Below are positions 44,275 through 53,363 of a DNA stretch of 64,000 nt, one piece after another (the stretch's first letter is position 1; every line of letters starts with the position of its first letter). Position numbers and translations under genes: made by a program. Source of the DNA: an uncultured bacterium (GTDB taxonomy: Bacteria > Chlamydiota > Chlamydiia > Chlamydiales > VFKH01). The stretch is from the NCBI GenBank assembly GCA_964630595.1, contig CAZVVT010000001.1, positions 399,383-463,382 of the forward strand, in the 5' to 3' direction. Below the pieces are notes generated by a model. It did no database searches. It saw nothing but the letters and a program-made list of their open reading frames with translations, and was not told the DNA's origin.

Positions 44275-45465
44275 TCAAAGTTCCTCTGATTCGCTGTAGT
44301 ACTTGCTTCTCCAATCTACGGCAGAGGGAGGATTAACAGCTGGCGGAGGTCCTTCGGGCGGTAAGGCCGGGCCTTTTGCCTCACCTGTCGGTGCCACAAC
44401 GGATACTCCAGCGCTTGCAGCGGCTTCCACACCTGGTTTTCTCTCAGGCACACCTCCTCCAGAAGGAGCAAGCTCGGCAGGACGAGGATCCTCTCCTCCT
44501 GCACGAACAACCGGTGGAGGCGGCGCTGCTGGTTCTGCCGGTCGCTCCGGCGGTGTTGTTGACGCAGCACCGTCTGCAGCCGCTCCGCCACGAAGCGCTA
44601 CGTCCAACTCGGACTCTTCGCTTGATTTCCCTTCCGGCGCAGTAAATCTGATCGGAGCGGAGAAAGGAGGTGCTATGCCTACTGCCCTTTCTGCTGGAAT
44701 AGCTCCCCCCATCAAAATTGTCGCATAATCTCGAGCGGAGAGCTCTCCTTCCATAATTTGTGAGAGGTTGAGTTGACCTCGAATCGCAGAAAGACCCTCG
44801 GGCTCCACCGCTGTTAACCCACGTCTTGCAATCTCTTGCGCGATCAGACGGCGTAAATAGCTGTCTTTTATGTCGCCCATCTTCGCACCAAATAACAATG
44901 TGCGCACTTGATCCAAAACCTGTTTTACCTGACTTCTATCGAGTGGAGTTGCCTCTGCACTTTTACATAAGTTAATATCTGCGTACGAACGCAGTGCCTC
45001 ATCAAACCGACCCAGAGTCACGCTTACCGCCCCGTGAGCGGCCAGTCTCGCTACTCCCGGCGGACTGTCAGCTGGTCTCTCTGCAGCACCACCAGTATTC
45101 AGCACCCTGGCTTCTTCGTAGATACGCATCTGCGTTAGCCATTTTTCCACCGCAAGCCGCCCTCCAAACATGAGATCAACGACTCTGGAAGCCGTTTCTT
45201 GTTGCTTTAGAGTCAGAGCTTCCTCCTTTTGCCAAAGATGCTTAAAAATCTCTCTTTGGTAGGGTGTTAACGCTTTCGCAGTAATAAAATCGGCAAGCGG
45301 AATGCGTCTTTCTGAACAGCAGCTGAACAGCCGTCCCAAAAAAGAGCCGGTATCAGCCTCTGCCTTTGGCGATATCCCTGTAGTAATATTTACCGTACCA
45401 GTATTGCACAACGTTGCAAAGCACCCAGCACACCCACCCACATCTACTCTCGTACCAGACGCCAT
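44275..45465 (-). CDS. Hypothetical protein with an N-terminal Cys cluster and a Pro/Ala/Gly-rich C-terminal third
   Basis: 396-aa ORF with no signal peptide. The N-terminus reads GGCAGCFATLCNTG..FSCCSERR. The C-terminal ~110 aa are low-complexity (PPERPAEPAAPPPPVVRAGGEDPRPAELAPSGGG...). It lies 47 bp upstream of the POTRA-protein genes on the same strand. Confidence 0.55.
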   Translation of the reverse strand: MASGTRVDVGGCAGCFATLCNTGTVNITTGISPKAEADTGSFLGRLFSCCSERRIPLADFITAKALTPYQREIFKHLWQKEEALTLKQQETASRVVDLMFGGRLAVEKWLTQMRIYEEARVLNTGGAAERPADSPPGVARLAAHGAVSVTLGRFDEALRSYADINLCKSAEATPLDRSQVKQVLDQVRTLLFGAKMGDIKDSYLRRLIAQEIARRGLTAVEPEGLSAIRGQLNLSQIMEGELSARDYATILMGGAIPAERAVGIAPPFSAPIRFTAPEGKSSEESELDVALRGGAAADGAASTTPPERPAEPAAPPPPVVRAGGEDPRPAELAPSGGGVPERKPGVEAAASAGVSVVAPTGEAKGPALPPEGPPPAVNPPSAVDWRSKYYSESEEL

Positions 45466-45540
45466 ACACCTACTCCTCCAAAAAAATTTTTGTGATACCG
45501 AAGGTGTATGCTACTTCCGTAAAGATTTGATGAAAAGAGT

Positions 45541-47364
45541 TTAGAAAATTCTGCGCAGATCCCAGTAAGTGACGAAGAGGAAGAAGCCGATGAGCAAAAT
45601 CACGAAGGGAAAGACGATGCGCTCAAAGAGTTTGGGGCTCACTTTTTGGCCGCTGATCATCTCGTACAGAGAGAGCAAAATATAGCCCCCATCAAGAACA
45701 GGAAGAGGGAGAAGATTCAGCAAGCCTAAGTTGATGGAGATGAAAGCAACCCAATAAACAGCCTCGAGAATGCCTCTAGAGGAGTTGTTTTGAATAACGT
45801 TGACGATGCCGATGGGACCACTGAGAGCTTTGGGACTGATAGTGCCCGTAGCGAGCGAGCGCAGCGTTTGCCCTACCTCTGTGAAAGCGCCCACAAAGAG
45901 CTGCTGAGGTGTGGGATTGTAGCGCACAGGAAGGTCTGTGAGGGGGATGCCCAACTTTAAGCGCGCCACCTCTTCATCGAAGAGCGGCAGAAGTTGTGCC
46001 CGTTTTTCACTGTCGCTTTCCGCTTCCAAGCGTCGGCGCATCTCAGCCACACTGCGCTGAAACTCCGCTCTCCACTCCGGGCTAACGGCGAATTCCGCTT
46101 GCGGTTTGGCCTCTACAGGTGTCAGGAGAACCAGATTGCCCACTGGAGTGCTATGACCCCCTACTTGAGCCACCATTTTTTCTATATCACTGCGATCCAG
46201 AAGAGAGTCAAAGTAGCTGTTCGCCTCCGCTGCAGAGAGGTCTTCTCGATACTGCACACCGCGCTGGACAATGATTGCCACGCGATGCACCTGCAAGGCA
46301 CGCAAAATATCGGCGCTCGTAGCCACAGCAACTCCATCGACAGCAATAATGCGATCGCCGCGCTGCAGATCCATCCCAATCGCTCTGTCGACAACACCCG
46401 TGTCGGTCAATTCGTACGGGATCGTCATCAGCGAGGTCCAGCGGCCGCGCAAACCAGAGGTGTACTGCTGGTCCATCAAGTCATCCACCGCACTCGGCGA
46501 AAAGCCCATTTGTCCGGCAGTCACACGCGGCACACGCACGACCATCCTTTGACCACCACGCAGAATGGTCAGGAGCGCCTTTTGCTCATTGATCAGGAAA
46601 GAGAGCTGCTCTTGTGAATAGATGGTCTCTCCATCGGCCCACACCAATCGATCCCCTTCTTGAATGCCGCTGCCTTCCATGGGCACGCCGGGAAGCATGC
46701 CGCCTCGATAGATCAAGAAACTCGCGGGAGCCAAAATGCCCGTCGTCTTCAGCTGGCTGCCCTTCATTTCATAAGGAACGGCGCAGAAAGAAAAAGGAGC
46801 TAACCTTCCATTTTCTTGTATGTGTTGACCCGTCAATTGCACACAATCGCTGCTCGTCAGCGTCGCTTTCATCAAATTGATGAAAGTGTCGTAGGGTTGT
46901 CCATTGACCGTCTCAATGATATCACCGGGTGCGACAGCTAGATGCGACTTGGCGTCAACAAAACCAACGCGGTTGGAAACCTCGTCATAATCCTTGATTC
47001 GGCCGCCACACGCCCAGATCAGCCCGAAAAGAACAAAGCCGACGAGCAGATTGACCAAAGGTCCGGCAATGGCCACCTTCAAGCGATCGATGGGTTTTTT
47101 TCCAAAGAAGCCGTCGGCGGGGATTTTGCCCCCCTCTACCTGCATGCCGGCGATCTTGACATACCCGCCAAAGGGCATCCAACCTATCTGCCAGCGCACA
47201 CCTTTGCGATCCCAGGCCAAAATAGGTTTGCCAAAGCCGATACTGAAGCACTCCACCCGCATTTTACAGCGGCGCGCCACCCAATAGTGGCCCCACTCGT
47301 GGACGAAAACAAGAATGCCGAGGGCAAAGACGGCTAAGATAACGGGAAGAAACTGGATCAACAT
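45541..47364 (-). CDS. rseP: RIP site-2 metalloprotease RseP (YaeL)
   Basis: 607-aa ORF with the HExxH motif in LVFVHEWGHYWVARR, PDZ-containing periplasmic region and the C-terminal LNLLPLPVLDGG motif. Confidence 0.9.
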   Translation of the reverse strand: MLIQFLPVILAVFALGILVFVHEWGHYWVARRCKMRVECFSIGFGKPILAWDRKGVRWQIGWMPFGGYVKIAGMQVEGGKIPADGFFGKKPIDRLKVAIAGPLVNLLVGFVLFGLIWACGGRIKDYDEVSNRVGFVDAKSHLAVAPGDIIETVNGQPYDTFINLMKATLTSSDCVQLTGQHIQENGRLAPFSFCAVPYEMKGSQLKTTGILAPASFLIYRGGMLPGVPMEGSGIQEGDRLVWADGETIYSQEQLSFLINEQKALLTILRGGQRMVVRVPRVTAGQMGFSPSAVDDLMDQQYTSGLRGRWTSLMTIPYELTDTGVVDRAIGMDLQRGDRIIAVDGVAVATSADILRALQVHRVAIIVQRGVQYREDLSAAEANSYFDSLLDRSDIEKMVAQVGGHSTPVGNLVLLTPVEAKPQAEFAVSPEWRAEFQRSVAEMRRRLEAESDSEKRAQLLPLFDEEVARLKLGIPLTDLPVRYNPTPQQLFVGAFTEVGQTLRSLATGTISPKALSGPIGIVNVIQNNSSRGILEAVYWVAFISINLGLLNLLPLPVLDGGYILLSLYEMISGQKVSPKLFERIVFPFVILLIGFFLFVTYWDLRRIF

Positions 47365-48257
47365 CGCCGAAATGATACGACGAGTGTAGCGATTGCAGCA
47401 ACGCTAAGAAGCGTGGCATAGAGTGCCCCGGTGGACAAAGCGGTGCCAAACTCGCTCAAAATATGCCTACTGAGGGCCACGGCAACAAAGGCCGCCGCTG
47501 CTGCCACCGTAAAGGCCAGCAGATGCATAGTGCCAAAGCGGCGCGCGAGACGGTGCCCAATGAGCCCCGGAGCAATCAGGCAAGCTAAAACAGCGACCAC
47601 TCCAAAGGTGTGGATGCCGATGACCATGGCCGCGGCGCTTTCAACCATCAAAAGCCAAAAAAGGGAGCGCACGGGCAGCCCAACACTCTGCCCAAAGCGG
47701 GGATCAAAGCAGGCCATCTTCCACTCTTTGTAAAAAAGAATCTGCAACCCCAAAACAAGCCCCGCGATGACCCACAAGGGCCCAAGCTCGTCGCTCGTCA
47801 ATGTGTCGGAGGAGCCCATGATCACCGACGTCCCCAAATGGATATTCTTCGCATAAGAGGTAACGAGAAGCAGCGCGAGGGCAAAAAGAGCGGTAAAGAC
47901 CAATCCAATCGCCGCATCTTCCTGCAGCCGCACATAGGTGCGAAAAAAACCCACCAGCGCACAGGTGAGCACCGCCGCAAGAATGCCGCCGATGAAAAAG
48001 GAATCGGCGGCGAAAAGATCGCCCATGATCAACCACACCACGACCACTCCTAAAAGGGTGGTATGCGAGAGCGCGTTGGCCAACATGGTCAACCGCTTGT
48101 AGATCAACATGGGGCCAATGATCGCGGCCGTGACGCTAAAGGCTAAAAGCGCCATGAGCTGCACTTCGTCGGGCGCTAGCGATTCTGCCCCCTGCACAAG
48201 CCGCTGCCCTAACGTAGCAAAAAACGAAAAGAAATCGGCGCCGCGGTAGGGATTCAC
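47358..48257 (-). CDS. ytgD: Metal ABC transporter permease (ABC-3 family), YtgD-like
   Basis: 299-aa polytopic ORF of the ZnuB/MntB/TroD type. It is last in the ytgA-B-C-D order. Confidence 0.8.
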   Translation of the reverse strand: MNPYRGADFFSFFATLGQRLVQGAESLAPDEVQLMALLAFSVTAAIIGPMLIYKRLTMLANALSHTTLLGVVVVWLIMGDLFAADSFFIGGILAAVLTCALVGFFRTYVRLQEDAAIGLVFTALFALALLLVTSYAKNIHLGTSVIMGSSDTLTSDELGPLWVIAGLVLGLQILFYKEWKMACFDPRFGQSVGLPVRSLFWLLMVESAAAMVIGIHTFGVVAVLACLIAPGLIGHRLARRFGTMHLLAFTVAAAAAFVAVALSRHILSEFGTALSTGALYATLLSVAAIATLVVSFRRC

Positions 48258-49429
48258 TTCTTCCTCGGGATGGGTTGACGATGCGGATCCAAGTGAGGAA
48301 AGCCGAGGAGCTGCTCGATTTCCTGCTCCATCTCAGCAGTGATCTTGTGCTCCGCCTCTTCCGCAATGGCATGCACAGCCTCTTTATCCAAGCCCACCTC
48401 TTCGGTGAGGTAGAGTTCAAAAAGGCGGTGGAGGCGAATGACATGCATCGCTCTTTCTCGCCCCTTTTCTGTCAGACTGTGGTCCGAGTATAAATATCCT
48501 TTACACACCAAAAGAAAGAGCAACCACGCCGATTCCTCTATCTTGCGTTCTTTGACAAGCGCTTTGAGAACGTTTTCTGCGCGAATCTTGAAGCGACTGC
48601 GAAGGCTACGCACAAGAGTGGCTACAAAGCCGCGACCAGGAGCAAAGAGAAGGCTCAGTAGAGCTATGGCGGAGGCAATCAGGCTCACGATAGGTCCTGT
48701 GGGGATGTTGTAGCTCCAACTTAAAGCAACCCCTAGCAAAGCACTGGCGGCCGCAACGAGTGCGGAAACCATGAGCATGCAGCTCAAGCTTTTCACCCAA
48801 GCGCGCGCTGCAATGGCCGGAGCAATGAGCATCGCGGAGAGAAGCACAACACCGAGAGTGCGAATTCCGAGAACAACCACCGCTAACGTCAGTGCTGCAA
48901 TCCCGATACGAGAAAAGCGCAAGCCCTGGGTCTGCGCAAAACTCTCATCAAAAAGGGTGGCCAGAATCTGTTTGTAGAGCAGCACCAAAACGGTAATGAC
49001 AACGGCCGCCAAAATTGCAAAGAGCAGCGCGTCATTTTCCGACAAGGTGGCTGCCTGGCCGAAGAGGTAGTGGTTGGCCGAGCGCCAGCTTTGCGGGAAA
49101 GCGCGTTGCACACCACTGGCAAGAAGGGTCCCGACGGCGAAAAAAGCCGAAAGGGTGAAGCTTAAAGAAAGATCTTGGCTCATGCCTTTTTTGCGCAACA
49201 AACTCGCCAGCAACCAACCCGCACAAGCCATTACTGCAGCACATACAACTGTGATTACCCCCAAGCTACTTACAAACAACGCAGCGATGACAATCCCGGG
49301 AAAGGTGGCGTGACTTAAACATTCCGCAATCAACAGCTGCTTGCGCGCAAAAAGCAAAACACCCACCAACCCCAGCGCAATCGCCATGAAGAGAGAAGCA
49401 ATCATGGGAGTGAGTAAGAGTTGATCCAT
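48254..49429 (-). CDS. ytgC: Metal ABC permease fused to a C-terminal DtxR/MntR-like repressor domain (YtgC-YtgR fusion)
   Basis: Within ORF 48254..49549 I prefer the ATG at 49429 (MDQLLLTPMIASL), a TAATG junction with the ytgB stop. The N-terminal ~290 aa are an ABC-3 permease. The C-terminal ~100 aa (LTEKGRERAMHVIRLHRLFELYLTEEVGLDKEAVHAIAEEAEHKITAEMEQEIEQLLGFPHLDPHRQPIP) match the DtxR-family metal-binding/dimerisation region. Confidence 0.85.
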   Translation of the reverse strand: MDQLLLTPMIASLFMAIALGLVGVLLFARKQLLIAECLSHATFPGIVIAALFVSSLGVITVVCAAVMACAGWLLASLLRKKGMSQDLSLSFTLSAFFAVGTLLASGVQRAFPQSWRSANHYLFGQAATLSENDALLFAILAAVVITVLVLLYKQILATLFDESFAQTQGLRFSRIGIAALTLAVVVLGIRTLGVVLLSAMLIAPAIAARAWVKSLSCMLMVSALVAAASALLGVALSWSYNIPTGPIVSLIASAIALLSLLFAPGRGFVATLVRSLRSRFKIRAENVLKALVKERKIEESAWLLFLLVCKGYLYSDHSLTEKGRERAMHVIRLHRLFELYLTEEVGLDKEAVHAIAEEAEHKITAEMEQEIEQLLGFPHLDPHRQPIPRKK

Positions 49430-50157
49430 TATTGTGTCACAGCGTCGAAAATTTTGGGTTGAGCACCAAAGGTTTTCTGGATGTTTTCTTCGGTGCACAC
49501 CTGCGCCGTTATACCGGAGGCAATCAGGCGACGGTTGAGCAAAATACACGAGTCAAAATAGCGTTTCAGCGTGGCCAAATCGTGGTGTACAATCAATATG
49601 GTTTTGCCCTCATCGCGCAGGGCACTGAGCTGCTCAATCAGCAGCTCTTCGGTCACCTTGTCAACGCCGGCAAAGGGCTCATCCATGAGAAGAATTTCCG
49701 CGCCCTGCATCAGAGCGCGAGCAATGAAGAGTCGCTGTTTTTGTCCGCCAGATAAGGAGCTAATTGGTTGATCGGCAAAGGACTGCATGTTGAGCTGAGA
49801 CAGCAGCTGATCGGCCTGGGCGTGTTCTTTTTGAGATGGGCGGCGGAAAATTCCCAAACGACCATAGCAGCCCATCAAAACAACGCCTCGTCCCGTGATG
49901 GGAAAATCCCAATCCACACTGTCGCGCTGAGGCACATAGGCCACCTTAGTGCGCACCGCTTTCAAAGGTTGGCCCAAAAAACGCACCGACCCACAGCTGG
50001 TGCGCACAAGCCCCAGCATCGCTTTCAGCAGCGTGCTCTTGCCGGCACCGTTGGGTCCTGCAATTGCCACCAACGTGCCTGCAGGAATACGAAAGGTGAG
50101 ATCCCACAACACAGGCTTTTCATTGAAATGAACGGAAAGACCTTCTACCTCGATCAT
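49429..50157 (-). CDS. ytgB: Metal ABC transporter ATP-binding protein, YtgB-like
   Basis: 242-aa ORF with Walker A GPNGAGKST, the signature LSGGQKQR and Walker B ILLMDEPFAGVD. Confidence 0.9.
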   Translation of the reverse strand: MIEVEGLSVHFNEKPVLWDLTFRIPAGTLVAIAGPNGAGKSTLLKAMLGLVRTSCGSVRFLGQPLKAVRTKVAYVPQRDSVDWDFPITGRGVVLMGCYGRLGIFRRPSQKEHAQADQLLSQLNMQSFADQPISSLSGGQKQRLFIARALMQGAEILLMDEPFAGVDKVTEELLIEQLSALRDEGKTILIVHHDLATLKRYFDSCILLNRRLIASGITAQVCTEENIQKTFGAQPKIFDAVTQ

Positions 50158-51077
50158 TGCAGTCCCTCACGAATCACTTGAGCATTGTAGAGAACCATGC
50201 CCTCCCACAAAGCCGCCTGACTCTCTTTGGGTCCCAGAGTGTCGCTGTAGAGGGGCTTTTCTGCGATGGAGACAGTAACCCCCTCCCCTTTTGCTACTGT
50301 GACAATGCGCTCAATGGCATCTCGGTTCACCGCCTCTTCCACAAAAACAACGGGGATGGCGTGACGCTTGATCTGCGAAATAATGGTACGCAGGTCGGAC
50401 AAACTAATCTGGCCGTCAGGAGCCAGCCCCTCGGGGGCAAAACAGTGGTTCTGCCAGTCGGTCACGTTGAAATAGGCGCGCACAAAATAGTGAAAGGCGT
50501 CGTGGCAAGTAACAAGATAGCGACACTGCGGCGGAATATGCGCAATCTCCTCGCGAACTTGGCGGTCGAGCTGCTGAAGCCGCGCGCTGAGTTGTGCCGC
50601 ACGCTGCCGGTATTGGGCCGCATGTTCTGGATCTGCTTCACAAAGCGCCTGCTCAATGAAGGGCACGCTGCGCGCAAATAGCGCCACATCCATCCAGATG
50701 TGCGGATCGAGCTCGGAGGCGCTGTGAATAATAGCCGAAGGCTCCTGCTTCAGGATCAAATCGCCCAAACCCACCGCATGTGGGGAGTTTTTGAGCCATC
50801 GACAAAGGCTCGCTCCGTGCTCTAACCCTAAACCGTTGTAGAAAACCAGCCGCGCATCAAAAAGTTTTTCCTCATCCCCTTTGACGAATTCGTACGAATG
50901 AGGATCGAGCCCCTCCCCGATGAGAGTATCCACGAATACCTCCTCTCCGCCCACCGCCTGTACGATGTCGGCAATCATGGCTGTTGTGGCTACAACCCGT
51001 AACTGAGTGGAATCCGCAGGAGCTTTAGAGCCGCAGGAGGCCAACAAAATAAGGGCTATGAAGAGAATATTTTTCAT
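50154..51077 (-). CDS. ytgA: Periplasmic metal-binding protein (cluster A-I SBP: TroA/ZnuA/MntC type), YtgA-like
   Basis: 307-aa ORF with the lipoprotein-like signal LILLASCGS. Conserved segments are DPHSYE and DPHIWMD, with CHDAFHYF in the C-lobe. Confidence 0.85.
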   Translation of the reverse strand: MKNILFIALILLASCGSKAPADSTQLRVVATTAMIADIVQAVGGEEVFVDTLIGEGLDPHSYEFVKGDEEKLFDARLVFYNGLGLEHGASLCRWLKNSPHAVGLGDLILKQEPSAIIHSASELDPHIWMDVALFARSVPFIEQALCEADPEHAAQYRQRAAQLSARLQQLDRQVREEIAHIPPQCRYLVTCHDAFHYFVRAYFNVTDWQNHCFAPEGLAPDGQISLSDLRTIISQIKRHAIPVVFVEEAVNRDAIERIVTVAKGEGVTVSIAEKPLYSDTLGPKESQAALWEGMVLYNAQVIREGLQ

Positions 51078-51153
51078 CTGAAAGAGGCAAATTGTATCAA
51101 ATACTTGAAATTAATCGTTGAAGTTTTCAATAGTCTCCCCCGAGGTTGCTAAA

Positions 51154-51630
51154 ATGGCGCAAATGGATCTAGAGAATTTAATTGAAACAGCTCTGCAGAA
51201 GATTGGCGGAAATAACATTAACGCTCTGTGTCGGTTCATCCCGAACGAAGAGGGCTACTGTTTACATCACTTTACGTTGCACAAACTAAAGAGACGCAAT
51301 CCCCCTGCTTTGGTGGCAATGTTGGAAAAATACATCTTGCATGTGGAAAAACCCAGCAAGCTCCAGCCCCAAAGAAGAGCCCCCCGCGGTAGCGGTACGC
51401 AGAAACACACCATCTCTCTCACGAGAGGCGATGTCTCCCGCATTGCGGAAATCTGCCGCAAGGAAGCCCCTGATATCTACCAGAAGCTCTCCCCAAGCCG
51501 CTCTCTGCCGAGAATCAAAAAAGAATTAATACGCTCCATCCAAAATGATGAGCTCAAAAAAGAACTTTGGGATGCCTTCGCGGATGCGGTGATGGCCAGC
51601 AAGGCCGCCTTCGCTACGGCTCGCGTATAA
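51154..51630 (+). CDS. Hypothetical protein
   Basis: The track ORF 51118..51630 starts at a TTG. I prefer the ATG at 51154 (MAQMDLENL). The product is basic, has no known motif and is followed by a clear terminator. Confidence 0.5.
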   Translation: MAQMDLENLIETALQKIGGNNINALCRFIPNEEGYCLHHFTLHKLKRRNPPALVAMLEKYILHVEKPSKLQPQRRAPRGSGTQKHTISLTRGDVSRIAEICRKEAPDIYQKLSPSRSLPRIKKELIRSIQNDELKKELWDAFADAVMASKAAFATARV

Positions 51631-51687
51631 TTTGAGGGCCGAATTTGACCCAAATTCCCCTTCGGCTGTAATCTATTCTCTTTAAAT

Positions 51688-51722
51688 GTGTCCGACTCTT
51701 AAGGGTCGGACACTTCTTTTTT
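51688..51722 (+). terminator. Rho-independent terminator
   Basis: Stem gtgtccgac (51688-51696) / gtcggacac (51705-51713), followed by ttctttttt. Confidence 0.8.
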
Positions 51723-51742
51723 CACAAGGAACCAAAAACCCC

Positions 51743-53287
51743 ATGTCTAGCAAATCGCAAGAGTTTGGACGCTGGCGCTCTTTTTTCTGGCCGGTCCACG
51801 CTCATGAGCTGAAGAAAATTCTTCCGATGCTCCTTATGTTTTTTTGTATCTCGTTCAACTACACAATCCTGCGCGATACGAAAGATGCTCTCGTAGTAAC
51901 TGCCCCCGGTTCGGGTGCCGAAGCCATTCCCTTCATTAAGGTATGGTGTGTCGTGCCTGCGGCCGTGGTCTTTATGATCGTCTATGCCAAGTTGAGCAAC
52001 ATGCTCAGCAAGCAGGCGCTCTTCTACGCGACAACAATTCCCTTTCTCCTCTTTTTCGCTCTCTTTGCGTTGGTCTTTTATCCCGCAAAAGATGCCCTTC
52101 ATCCCACAGACTTAGCAGACCGTTTGCAAGCAGTCCTTCCTCAAGGTTTGGGCGGCTTAGTAGCGATTTTCCGTAACTGGATCTACGCCGTGTTCTACGT
52201 CTTGGCAGAACTCTGGGGTTCTGTGATGCTCTCTCTGCTCTTCTGGGGCTTTGCCAACGACATCACACGCGTTTCGGAAGCAAAGCGTTTCTACGCTCTC
52301 TTCGGTATCGGTGCGAACCTGGCCTTGATGGTCTCCGGACCTGCCATCGTCTACGTCTCCGATATTAAGCGTAAACTACCCGTCGGCATTGATGCTTGGG
52401 GCGTTTCGATTAACTATCTCATGACGATGGTCGTCGTTGCCGGATTAGTCATTATGGCCACCTACTGGTGGATCAACAAGAACGTCTTGACCGACCCACG
52501 TTTCTACAATCCTGGCGAAGTCAAGAAGGCGAAGAAAGAAAAGCCCAAGATGAGTGTCATGGAAAGCTTCAAGTACCTCGCTCGTTCGAAGTACATCGCT
52601 TGCCTGGCTATTCTCGTCATCGCCTACGGCGTATCCATCAACCTCGTCGAAGTGACTTGGAAGAGCCAACTCAAACTGCAATACCCCGACGCCAACGACT
52701 ACAGCACATTCATGGGTAAATTCTCGTTCACAACGGGAATTGTCACCGTCTTTATGATGCTCTTCGTCGGTGGTAACGTCATCCGCCGTTTCGGCTGGGG
52801 CGTGGGCGCCATGATTACTCCGGTTGTTTTGTTGATCACCGGGATCGCCTTCTTCGCCTTCGTTCTCTTTAGAGACAACTTGGCGGGCACCATTGCTGCT
52901 TTGGGCACCACTCCCCTCTTCTTAGCGGTGATTGTGGGTATGATCCAAAACATCATGAGTAAGTCGGCAAAGTACTCACTCTTTGATCCTACGAAGGAAA
53001 TGGCCTACATTCCCCTCGACCAGGAAGCGAAGGTAAAGGGTAAAGCGGCGATTGACGTAGTAGGTGCTCGTCTGGGTAAATCCGGCGGCTCGCTCGTTCA
53101 GCAAGGCCTGCTCCTCATGTTTGGTACCATTGCAGCGATTACCCCCTATGTGGCGGTCGTCCTCTTTGCCATCATCGGTGCTTGGCTCATCGCTGCTCGC
53201 TCTCTGAGTAAGCAGTTCCACACTGTTTCGGCAGGTCATGATGCCCCTATGGGTCATGCAGTACCTCCGGTAGCAGAAAAAGGCTAA
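51743..53287 (+). CDS. Nucleotide transporter, NTT/Tlc ATP:ADP antiporter family, copy 1
   Basis: The track ORF 51686..53287 begins inside the upstream terminator, so I prefer the ATG at 51743 (MSSKSQEF). The product is a 12-TM protein with FNYTILRDTKDALVVTAPGSGAEAIPFIKVW, LFWGFANDIT and KYSLFDPTKEMAYIPLDQE, hallmarks of chlamydial/rickettsial/plastid NTTs. Confidence 0.9.
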   Translation: MSSKSQEFGRWRSFFWPVHAHELKKILPMLLMFFCISFNYTILRDTKDALVVTAPGSGAEAIPFIKVWCVVPAAVVFMIVYAKLSNMLSKQALFYATTIPFLLFFALFALVFYPAKDALHPTDLADRLQAVLPQGLGGLVAIFRNWIYAVFYVLAELWGSVMLSLLFWGFANDITRVSEAKRFYALFGIGANLALMVSGPAIVYVSDIKRKLPVGIDAWGVSINYLMTMVVVAGLVIMATYWWINKNVLTDPRFYNPGEVKKAKKEKPKMSVMESFKYLARSKYIACLAILVIAYGVSINLVEVTWKSQLKLQYPDANDYSTFMGKFSFTTGIVTVFMMLFVGGNVIRRFGWGVGAMITPVVLLITGIAFFAFVLFRDNLAGTIAALGTTPLFLAVIVGMIQNIMSKSAKYSLFDPTKEMAYIPLDQEAKVKGKAAIDVVGARLGKSGGSLVQQGLLLMFGTIAAITPYVAVVLFAIIGAWLIAARSLSKQFHTVSAGHDAPMGHAVPPVAEKG

Positions 53288-53314
53288 CTAATAATTTAGT
53301 TTAATGTCTTGACA

Positions 53315-53351
53315 CCCCCATTCTTGGTAACGAGAATGGGGGTTTCTTTTT
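53315..53351 (+). terminator. Rho-independent terminator between the two NTT genes
   Basis: Stem cccccattct (53315-53324) / agaatggggg (53333-53342), followed by tttcttttt. Confidence 0.8.
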
Positions 53352-53363
53352 GGGAACAAAACG

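Noticed and set aside
51686-51742. Upstream extension of the first NTT ORF (MCPTLKGRTLLFSQGTKNP...)
   Set aside because: The extension begins inside the stem of the terminator hairpin at 51688-51722. The conserved NTT N-terminus starts at the ATG at 51743.
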